Below, one piece after another: positions 40,917 through 48,723 of a stretch of 64,000 nucleotides of DNA. Made by a program: the position numbers and the translations under genes. The notes under the pieces are model-generated. The model was not told the origin of the DNA. It did not search any database and saw only the letters and a program-made list of their open reading frames with translations. The DNA is taken from assembly GCA_021800155.1 (NCBI GenBank), contig JAJYZG010000001.1:9583-73582 (forward strand), given 5' to 3'. Position 1 is the first letter of the stretch; every line of letters starts with the position of its first letter. This DNA is from a bacterium (GTDB taxonomy: Bacteria; Patescibacteriota; Saccharimonadia; Saccharimonadales; UBA4665).

Positions 40917-41642
40917 ATGCCTTCGAAATCTTATGCTTTAGAACCTATGGGTTATGTAACCGTCACAAAACGTCGAGGTAATCGTCATCTGCGCTTGAGC
41001 ATAACGCAAAGTGGACAAATCAGGGTATCGATTCCAATGTGGGCATCTTATCAGGCAGGGCTAGATTTTGCCCGATCTAGTCAACGCTGGATTAACCATC
41101 GACTACCAGAGATGCAACTACTTCAAACCGGTCAAAGAATCGCACCAGGATTTACGTTACGTTTTGTCGCTCAGTCACAGCTAGATCGACTCCGCGCTAA
41201 AACTGAAAACAGTATGGTTACTATCATGCACCCGATTGACATTGACAGCACTCACACGAACGTCCAGTCATTTGCCAAAACAAAACTGACAAAAGTTCTA
41301 CGGCAAGAAGCTCAAAATCAACTTCCGAAACGTCTAGAGACGCTCGCCAAGCAACACAATATCAACTACCGTTTGTTAAAGATAAAGTTACTTAAACAGC
41401 GCTGGGGAAGCTGCGACCAAACCGGTTTGATCGTACTGAATCTTTGCCTAATTCAACTTCCCAGCGAACTGATTGACTACGTTATACTTCATGAATTAGC
41501 TCACACTAAACACCTCAACCATAGCCCAGAATTTTGGCAGGCACTGGAATCAATTTGCCCAAACGCTCACAAATTAAGACAAGAGCTGAGAAAGTACAGC
41601 CCGAATATATTTATTAATAGTATCGGCCTTATCTTCGGTTAG
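40917..41642 (+). CDS. YgjP/DUF45-type zinc metallohydrolase (M48-like HExxH)
   Basis: QRWGSC...ID..ILHELAHTKHLNHSPEFW is the signature C-terminal block of the YgjP family. Confidence 0.8.
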   Translation: MPSKSYALEPMGYVTVTKRRGNRHLRLSITQSGQIRVSIPMWASYQAGLDFARSSQRWINHRLPEMQLLQTGQRIAPGFTLRFVAQSQLDRLRAKTENSMVTIMHPIDIDSTHTNVQSFAKTKLTKVLRQEAQNQLPKRLETLAKQHNINYRLLKIKLLKQRWGSCDQTGLIVLNLCLIQLPSELIDYVILHELAHTKHLNHSPEFWQALESICPNAHKLRQELRKYSPNIFINSIGLIFG

Positions 41643-41689
41643 GCTACAATTAGCGTTAACATTATAGTTTGGTCTGTTAATATAAAAAA

Positions 41690-42841
41690 ATGGAATTAAC
41701 TAACAATAACTCTTATGGTCCTGACAAGTTTGACTCTCTAGCTGCCAGTCGTCTTACTAGTTTGGTTAATTCAATGGCCGATGGCGTAATCGCAGTCGAC
41801 AAACACATTAAAGTCGTTCTTGTTAACGGAGCAGCCTTAAATATACTAGACCTAAATAATCTCAAAGAAGGAGATAATCTAGAGGATGTTTTTAGGCCAA
41901 TCGACAAGTATGAACACCCTGTAGATATCGTACACATGATCGAAAGCACGTCGATCCCAACCTCTAATCGAGATCTGCGTTTAATTTATTCAGATGGAAG
42001 CACCAGCAATATTTATCTAAGCATAGCCCCAGTACACCTTGGCTATGGTAGCTCCGGCCACGGAGGATATGTGCTTCTGCTGCGAGATATAACAACCGAG
42101 AAGTCACTTGAAGAGGAGCGCGACGAGTTTATTTCTGTTGTCTCACACGAACTTCGCACACCGATTACAATCGCCGAAGGGAATATATCCAATGCTGAAC
42201 TGCTGCTACACAAGAGCGATGACTTAAACTTGATCGAAAATGCCTTGAAAGACTCGCACAAACAAATCCTATATTTGTCTGACATGATTAATGATCTTGC
42301 AACCCTGAGTCGCGCAGAACGCGGAAAACTGACTCTGGATATCCGGTCGATCAACGTCGGCGAAATGATTAAAGATTTAGCCGAAAATTATAGTGCTGAA
42401 GCTAGAGTTAAAGGCCTAAGGCTCAATATTGAAGTTGATCCAAAACTTGAATTATTACGATCATCTGAATTATACGTTCGTGAAATTTTACAGAATTTCA
42501 TCACTAACTCGCTCAAATACACCACTAAAGGCGACATATTAATTAGAGTTGTTCAGAAATCAGACGGTGTTGAAATTTCTGTTTCAGATACAGGTATAGG
42601 CATCAGTAAGTCTGATCAAGAAAAAATTTTTCAAAAGTTCTTCCGCTCGGATGACACGCGTGCCAGACATACGACCGGCACTGGACTCGGCCTTTACGTT
42701 ACGATGAAGCTTGCAAAACTTACTAAAGCTACAATTAACTTTACGAGTGAGCTAAATAAAGGTTCTACCTTCAGTGTATATTTTCCGAACCTGAATGAAC
42801 AGATACCCCGTCCAGATGCTCAAATGCTGAATGACGCATGA
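41690..42841 (+). CDS. Cytoplasmic sensor histidine kinase (PAS + HisKA + HATPase_c), no adjacent response regulator
   Basis: H-box VSHELRTPIT, N-box EILQNFITNSLKYT, G-boxes SDTGIGIS and GTGLGLYV. It has a PAS-like N-terminus and no TM segment. Confidence 0.88.
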   Translation: MELTNNNSYGPDKFDSLAASRLTSLVNSMADGVIAVDKHIKVVLVNGAALNILDLNNLKEGDNLEDVFRPIDKYEHPVDIVHMIESTSIPTSNRDLRLIYSDGSTSNIYLSIAPVHLGYGSSGHGGYVLLLRDITTEKSLEEERDEFISVVSHELRTPITIAEGNISNAELLLHKSDDLNLIENALKDSHKQILYLSDMINDLATLSRAERGKLTLDIRSINVGEMIKDLAENYSAEARVKGLRLNIEVDPKLELLRSSELYVREILQNFITNSLKYTTKGDILIRVVQKSDGVEISVSDTGIGISKSDQEKIFQKFFRSDDTRARHTTGTGLGLYVTMKLAKLTKATINFTSELNKGSTFSVYFPNLNEQIPRPDAQMLNDA

Positions 42842-44291
42842 CCATCGGCGAAACGCTCCGTCCCCTCCAAAGCACCGTACCAAACTCGTACTTCCACATC
42901 GAAACGTGCATTAAGCCGATATCTAGTAGCAGTATTGCCGGCCATAAAACGTAGGGTATAATCATCCGGCTCCGATAAGTTAGCTTAAAAACTTGACCGA
43001 AAGTTGTAGCAAAAAGTATGAAGCCCAAAAATCCTAATGAAAGATATAGTAGGTTCCGCTCGAGCACACCAATAATAATGTTGACCAGTAGATATAAACC
43101 GCCCAAAGCCTCAATTAGCGTCAATAATGCGACAGTTTCCGGTTGACGACGCAACTGCGGATAACGCAGTCTAACTACAGTTTCTAGCTGTTCAGAGTGC
43201 GGCTTCTGGCTAAGCAGCGCTGGATATTGCAAAAAACTATAACCATTTCCTTTTAGAGCCAAACGGGCAAAGTAGCTTTCGGGAGAAACCCGTCGTGATA
43301 CTGCTTTAAAACTGCCACTTTCAATTAAAAACTTTTTTTGAGCCAACCAGCAAGTTGGGAGAACTGGCGGACGATCTAAGCCTCGGCGCGGTAAGCTAAC
43401 CTCCCAGGCATAACGCAGCGGTTGTATCCAAGCAAATTTCCAAGGAGTATGATCGTTGCGCGGCATCACCGATAACATCGTTCTCTTTTCATTAATTAAC
43501 ATTGACACGAATATTTTTAAAGCATCCGAGCTAAAGCGCGTATCGGCACCACAGAACAGCACAATTTCACCGTTAGACATTTCGAGTAACTGCTCATATG
43601 CCCAATTCTTGGCCAACCATTCGTTATTAAAAGGATTTCCGGGTATGAACACTACACCATCATGTGCAAACGATCGAATAATTTCTGGCGTGCGACGATT
43701 GGTCGAGTGATCATCCAATACCAAAATTTCAAGCTTTGGGTAATCATTTGCGATCAGACTGTTTAAGCAAGCGATGAGCGAGTCAGTTTCATTCCTTGCC
43801 GGTATGCAAACAGTTAACGTAGGTAATTCCGAGTCTATCAGTTTTTTAACGACATGACGCTTATTAGTTTCAGTTAAACTCCGCCTAGTCGAAATTAACA
43901 TAATCAGGCCAAGCAAGCAGCAACTCACGCCAAGAATCAACGGATCATTGATTAAAAGCTTGGCGTATTGTGCACTTAAACCGAGTGCAGCAATTAATAT
44001 CTGTGCTAGCAATAGACGCACTGCTGTAGTTTGAGAGATTCTTCTTAAATGCTCTGGTTGGATTTTACTTTTAACGACACGAAACAAATTAAATGCCTGG
44101 TAAAGCGCTAAGAAGCAGATGATGTCGACAAAAACGAGCGTATATCCTGTAATTAGTAATAAAACCGTAAAGCTGACGGTCGCTATTATAGCGACTAAAG
44201 CCAAATACCGGCGAAAAGGCCATAGTCGATAAAGCGTAATCAAGAGCCCAATAAATCCAGTGGCTAGCAGCAGCATTAATGCAGGTTTCAT
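42771..44291 (-). CDS. Polytopic membrane glycosyltransferase family 2
   Basis: About 4 N-terminal and about 4 C-terminal TM helices flank a GT-A domain (TVCIPARNE, VLDDHSTNRT, FCGADTRF). Confidence 0.8.
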   Translation of the reverse strand: MKPALMLLLATGFIGLLITLYRLWPFRRYLALVAIIATVSFTVLLLITGYTLVFVDIICFLALYQAFNLFRVVKSKIQPEHLRRISQTTAVRLLLAQILIAALGLSAQYAKLLINDPLILGVSCCLLGLIMLISTRRSLTETNKRHVVKKLIDSELPTLTVCIPARNETDSLIACLNSLIANDYPKLEILVLDDHSTNRRTPEIIRSFAHDGVVFIPGNPFNNEWLAKNWAYEQLLEMSNGEIVLFCGADTRFSSDALKIFVSMLINEKRTMLSVMPRNDHTPWKFAWIQPLRYAWEVSLPRRGLDRPPVLPTCWLAQKKFLIESGSFKAVSRRVSPESYFARLALKGNGYSFLQYPALLSQKPHSEQLETVVRLRYPQLRRQPETVALLTLIEALGGLYLLVNIIIGVLERNLLYLSLGFLGFILFATTFGQVFKLTYRSRMIIPYVLWPAILLLDIGLMHVSMWKYEFGTVLWRGRSVSPMVMRHSAFEHLDGVSVHSGSENIH

Positions 44292-44367
44292 ATTATCTAT
44301 ATATTAGCAGAGGCATATTTTTACTAAGCCGCCTACTTGTGACAGAATAGTTAAAGCTAGGTAGCAG

Positions 44368-45249
44368 ATGACATTATTAATAACAGTCGTAACTTCACTA
44401 TGTGCAGGATTTTTGAACTCAATTTCGGGCGTCTTTCAACGCAAAGGATCTGGCAAGCTCAAGCCCAATGAGCTTTACAAAAAAAACATAATTTTAAAAA
44501 CCAGCAAAAATTCGACGTGGCAAATCGGTGTGGTGGCAGAAGCCTTGGCGGCAGTTCTGGAGGTCGTCGCCTTATATTTCGGCAGCTTGATCATCGTCGA
44601 ACCACTGCTCATGACCAATCTAATATTTCTAATGGCTATTTTGCAACGGAAGTATAATATAGCAATTTCACCAATAGAATGGACTGGAGCCATAGCCATT
44701 GGCCTAGGTGTTAGCCTATTTTTGATTGTTTCTAAACCAAAACCAGGAATACCCTCTTACGGTTTAATTTGGCTAGCTCCGACAATTATCGTCGCAACCC
44801 TCATTACTCTCGGTGCGATTATTACAAGAAGGCTGAAACAGCCCGAAAGACGCGGTGCGGCCGGTGCGATAACAGCAGGTTTGAGTTTAGGATTAACGGC
44901 AGCCTTAACCAGGTTGGCGATGGTTGAACTACATAATGGAATTTATATATTTTTTACGCACTGGCCAATTTACGCATTAATTAGTAGTGCAGTGGTATCT
45001 GTAATAGCAATTCAAGTTGGCTATGCCTCGGGTCCGCTAAAAATTACACAACCGGTTCTAGAAGTAGTTTCGCCTGTGGTAAGCATATTAATAGTACTTT
45101 TAGTTTTTCGAAATTCAATCAGTCTGACACCACTATCAATAGCTCTAGAAAGTGTTAGTTTCATAGTAGCTGCCAGCGGCGTCGTAATACTGGGAAGTTC
45201 ATCACGTTTAACTGAGGCCGAAACTCAGACCTCGCTATATGTGAACTGA
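44368..45249 (+). CDS. Polytopic membrane protein (about 9 TM, DMT/NIPA-like transporter fold, tentative)
   Basis: 293 aa, hydrophobic throughout. The family assignment is tentative. Confidence 0.6.
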   Translation: MTLLITVVTSLCAGFLNSISGVFQRKGSGKLKPNELYKKNIILKTSKNSTWQIGVVAEALAAVLEVVALYFGSLIIVEPLLMTNLIFLMAILQRKYNIAISPIEWTGAIAIGLGVSLFLIVSKPKPGIPSYGLIWLAPTIIVATLITLGAIITRRLKQPERRGAAGAITAGLSLGLTAALTRLAMVELHNGIYIFFTHWPIYALISSAVVSVIAIQVGYASGPLKITQPVLEVVSPVVSILIVLLVFRNSISLTPLSIALESVSFIVAASGVVILGSSSRLTEAETQTSLYVN

Positions 45250-45314
45250 ATAGTAGCGAAAAGTACTACAACTACTGGCGAAACGGGGGTTAAAGTGCTA
45301 GACTTGACATATTA

Positions 45315-45346
45315 GGCCTACGATATAAATCATTGTAGGCTTTTTT
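45315..45346 (+). terminator. Rho-independent terminator candidate
   Basis: GGCCTAC - 13-nt loop - GTAGGC followed by TTTTTT, 66 nt after the stop of the membrane protein gene. Confidence 0.55.
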
Positions 45347-45366
45347 AAGTGAAACAGGGGATAGCA

Positions 45367-45774
45367 GTGGCAGAACAGTCTAACAAGCCCAAAAGACGCT
45401 TGCGACCGGCTCAAGCAAGTATCCGCGAGCGTGCGCATGCGGCACGGGAAACACAACCACAAAAGGCATCAAGGCTTAGCAGGATCGGAACAGGATTGAA
45501 AAAGCCCTTTGGCATCAGTCATAGTTTTCTTGTAAGGTTCAAAACAATGCGTGCCATCGGCAAAGTACTTAAAGTAATCGGACGCATTCTGCTGCCAATG
45601 TATTTTAGAAATAGCTGGAAGGAAATCCGTTTAGTTACTTGGCCAAACCGTCGGGATAGCCGCCGTTTAACGTTAGCAGTTCTAGGTTTTGCGATCGTTT
45701 TCGGAGCATTAGTTGCTTCACTCGACTACGGACTTAGCCATCTGTTCCAATCAATTATTCTAGGTAAACATTAA
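45367..45774 (+). CDS. secE: Preprotein translocase subunit SecE with a long basic N-terminal extension
   Basis: C-terminal SecE core (SWKEIRLVTWPNRRDSRRLTLAVLGFAIVF...) upstream of nusG. GTG 45367 has a GGGGA RBS 5 nt upstream. The track start at GTG 45349 lies in the terminator T-tract. Confidence 0.8.
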   Translation: MAEQSNKPKRRLRPAQASIRERAHAARETQPQKASRLSRIGTGLKKPFGISHSFLVRFKTMRAIGKVLKVIGRILLPMYFRNSWKEIRLVTWPNRRDSRRLTLAVLGFAIVFGALVASLDYGLSHLFQSIILGKH

Positions 45775-45788
45775 GGAGAATAACTAAA

Positions 45789-46349
45789 GTGGCAACCGCA
45801 GCAACTAGCAAAAAACGCTATGATACAAGTAAGCGTTGGTACGCTATCCATACATATAGCGGCTACGAGGAAAAGGTGGCAGAGAGTATACGACAACGAG
45901 CGGAAAGCTTGGATATGGGCGATAAAATCTTTGAAGTTTTGGTGCCGAAAGAAAAAATGATTGAGATAAAAAACGGCAAGCGCCGAGTGGTTGAGAAACG
46001 TATCTTTCAGGGCTACGTACTGGTGCAAATGAAATTAAGTGAAGACGCCTGGTACATAGTGCGGAATACACCCAGTGTAACTGGATTTGTAGGAAGTGGC
46101 ACGGACCCCACCCCCGTTGAAGAAGAAGAGATCGAGAAAATCCAAAAACGGATGGGTCTTGAACAACCCAAACATAAGATAGATTTCCAAATTGGAGATG
46201 TTGTCAATATTATAGACGGGCCATTTAAGGGGTTTGACGGATCAATTAATGAAATTGATGCGCAAAAAGGTAAACTGAAAGTACTTGTTAACATGTTCGG
46301 CCGAGAGACTCCGGTCGAGCTTGATAGCTTACAAGTTAAGCGTGTTTAG
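45789..46349 (+). CDS. nusG: Transcription termination/antitermination factor NusG
   Basis: GTG start with an AAGGAG RBS, an NGN domain (WYAIHTYSGYEEKV) and a KOW motif (GDVVNIIDGPFKGFDGSI). Confidence 0.93.
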   Translation: MATAATSKKRYDTSKRWYAIHTYSGYEEKVAESIRQRAESLDMGDKIFEVLVPKEKMIEIKNGKRRVVEKRIFQGYVLVQMKLSEDAWYIVRNTPSVTGFVGSGTDPTPVEEEEIEKIQKRMGLEQPKHKIDFQIGDVVNIIDGPFKGFDGSINEIDAQKGKLKVLVNMFGRETPVELDSLQVKRV

Positions 46350-46516
46350 ATAAAACCATAACGTAATTCAATAACTACATCGCTAAAGTAAGCTCAAGCT
46401 AAAGTAAAGTTTGCGCAAAACAGTACGCATAATTCAACTGGACAACAGAGGTAATATTTAGTAAGATTTAGCAGCTAAGTGCGAATCAATGATACGAACA
46501 GATATTAGGAGAACAC

Positions 46517-46948
46517 ATGGCAGACAAAGCCGTTAAGGCTAACCTAAAAATGAAGATACGTGCCGGACAGGCCAGCCCGGCGCCGCCGGTAGGAAGTACG
46601 CTTGGACAGTACGGCGTAAATATGATGGACTTTATTAATCCTTTTAATGAACAGACCGAGGATATGCAAGGAGCCGAGTTGACTGTACATATCACGATAT
46701 ACGAAGATCGTAGTCTGACTTTCAGGGTTGTGTCGACGCCAACCGACAACCGTATCCGATCGGCCTTAAAAATAGATAAAGGCTCGGGACGCCCAAACAG
46801 TGAGAAAATTACCAAAAAACTATCACAAGCTGATTGGATAAAAATTGCACAAGACAAAGCCAAGGACATGAATACTGACAACATTGACTCAGTTAAAAAA
46901 ATGGTTGCCGGAACAGCCCGCAGCATGGGTGTCGAGATCGAAGGATAA
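46517..46948 (+). CDS. rplK: 50S ribosomal protein L11
   Basis: K....AGQA.PAPPVG..LGQ.GVN.M.F signature. Confidence 0.96.
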   Translation: MADKAVKANLKMKIRAGQASPAPPVGSTLGQYGVNMMDFINPFNEQTEDMQGAELTVHITIYEDRSLTFRVVSTPTDNRIRSALKIDKGSGRPNSEKITKKLSQADWIKIAQDKAKDMNTDNIDSVKKMVAGTARSMGVEIEG

Positions 46949-46957
46949 TTAATAATT

Positions 46958-46998
46958 AGTGGGAGGCCAGCGGGAAAAACCCGGCCGCGAGAACCACT
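46958..46998 (+). promoter_or_regulatory. GC-rich structured element before rplA; candidate L1 autoregulatory site
   Basis: AGTGG GAGGCCAGCGGGAAAAACCCGGCC GCGAGAA CCACT. The AGTGG/CCACT closing stem encloses a GGCC..CGGG-AAAAA-CCCGGCC hairpin. The GGGAG...GAGAAC arrangement resembles known L1 mRNA/rRNA binding sites. Confidence 0.4.
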
Positions 46999-47012
46999 GG
47001 AGGTAACAATCT

Positions 47013-47930
47013 ATGCCAAGGGCAAAGAAAGTTGAAGATGTAACAGCACAAACCGGTACCATAGCTAAGGAAAAACTATCAGAAACCAAGGCTACATCCA
47101 AGTTAACGGAGACATCTAAGGCGGGAAAACGAAGCGCTAAGGCCATTGCCGCAGCACACGCGAAGCAAGAGAAAGAAGCACGCAAGATTGATAAGGCCAA
47201 GGCGGAAACTAGCAGTATTAAGCCAGTCATTATTCGAACTAAAAGCAGACTCGAGCGTAGATCAAAATCGTACCGAAAAAAATTTGCATTAATTGACTCC
47301 AATAAGCGCTATGCGTTAAAAGACGCGGCAGCGCTCATCGGGCAGACTAATCCAGTCAAATTTGATTCCACAATCGAATTATCTGTTCATTTGGCTGTAG
47401 ATCCAAAGCAAGCCGATCAAAACGTCCGCGACAGTGTTCTACTGCCAGCGGGGAGCGGAAAGCAAGTCAGAGTAGCTGTGTTTGCAAACGGTGAAGATGC
47501 ATCTGCTGCAGAAAAAGCGGGAGCTGAGCTAGTAGGTCAAGCTGAGATAATAAAAGAACTCGAGGCGGGCAGCTTTAGTTTTGACGTACTGATAGCCAGT
47601 CCATCGGAAATGCCAAAACTAGGGAAGTACGCCCGCCTGCTTGGTCCAAGAGGTCTGATGCCTAATCCAAAAAGCGGCACAGTAACAACAGATATTGGTC
47701 GAGCTGTCAGAGAATCTAAGTCAGGTAAGGTCGAATATCGTGTTGATAGCGGCGGTAATCTGCACATACCGGTAGGGAAGACCAGCTTCACGCCTGAAAG
47801 TATTCTACAAAATGTGGAGGCGACGCTGTCTAGTATCCAATCAAACCGACCGGCTACAGTTAAGGGAGCATACATGTTAAGCGCTAGCCTATCTACCAGT
47901 ATGGGCCCGGCATTGAAGCTCTCAATCTAA
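47013..47930 (+). CDS. rplA: 50S ribosomal protein L1 with a ~75-aa Lys/Ala-rich N-terminal extension
   Basis: Strong GGAGG RBS. The canonical L1 sequence begins near residue 83 ([21 protein letters not shown]), and [14 protein letters not shown] is present. Confidence 0.92.
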   Translation: MPRAKKVEDVTAQTGTIAKEKLSETKATSKLTETSKAGKRSAKAIAAAHAKQEKEARKIDKAKAETSSIKPVIIRTKSRLERRSKSYRKKFALIDSNKRYALKDAAALIGQTNPVKFDSTIELSVHLAVDPKQADQNVRDSVLLPAGSGKQVRVAVFANGEDASAAEKAGAELVGQAEIIKELEAGSFSFDVLIASPSEMPKLGKYARLLGPRGLMPNPKSGTVTTDIGRAVRESKSGKVEYRVDSGGNLHIPVGKTSFTPESILQNVEATLSSIQSNRPATVKGAYMLSASLSTSMGPALKLSI

Positions 47931-48009
47931 TCGATTGCCTTTTTAATTTGCATTTAAGGCAAAAGAATTAGTAAAATAGGCGAAAGTCATGAGAGGGTAA
48001 TATCCCATA

Positions 48010-48723
48010 GTGGGAGTATTTAGTAACACTCAAATCCGTGAAGCAGTTGCAAGTGGGCACATATTATGCGTACCCTTTAACCCAAAGCATGTAGCACATG
48101 CCAGTCTCGACGTAACTATCGGATACTACTACTATCGCATCGAAAAAATGAATGAACGCAACGTCTATAATCCTTTCGACCGGGAGGATGTAGAACGCTA
48201 CTTTGACGGTCCCTATAAAGCCATGCAACACCAAGCTTGGTGCAAACTAAATGGCATAGCTCCGCTTAAAAACATACCTCTTGACCATTTTGTAATTAGT
48301 CTAAAACCGGGCGAGCGAATTTTAGCGCATACGCATGAATTTTTTGGAATATTGCCACCGGGTGCTTACGAGCTAAAGTCACGTTCAAGTTGGGGGCGTA
48401 ACGGAGTAGCCGTCTGCTTTGATGCCGGATGGGTTGATCCCGGTTACATCAACCGTTTAACGCTCGAGATTTATAACCTGAATCAGCGCGAAACAGTCCT
48501 TTTGCCAGTCGGAGAAAGGATAGCTCAAGCTGTCTTTCATGAAACTGGTCCAGTAGAAGGAAAATATGGCGAAGGACGAGACGACGGATTCAGCGGAAAG
48601 TATCAGCAAGGTACAGATATAGAACTACTGATAAAAACATGGTCTCCGGATATGATGCTGCCCAAAGCCTACCGTGACCAACGAGTTATGCCCGAAAAAA
48701 TTGAAGGTACGACTTATGATTAA
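48010..48723 (+). CDS. dcd: dCTP deaminase family protein (Dcd or Dcd-Dut)
   Basis: GTG start; KSRSSWGRNGV...DAGWVDPGY..RLTLEIYN...GERIAQAVF matches the dCTP deaminase/dUTPase trimer fold. At 237 aa it is longer than usual. Confidence 0.8.
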   Translation: MGVFSNTQIREAVASGHILCVPFNPKHVAHASLDVTIGYYYYRIEKMNERNVYNPFDREDVERYFDGPYKAMQHQAWCKLNGIAPLKNIPLDHFVISLKPGERILAHTHEFFGILPPGAYELKSRSSWGRNGVAVCFDAGWVDPGYINRLTLEIYNLNQRETVLLPVGERIAQAVFHETGPVEGKYGEGRDDGFSGKYQQGTDIELLIKTWSPDMMLPKAYRDQRVMPEKIEGTTYD

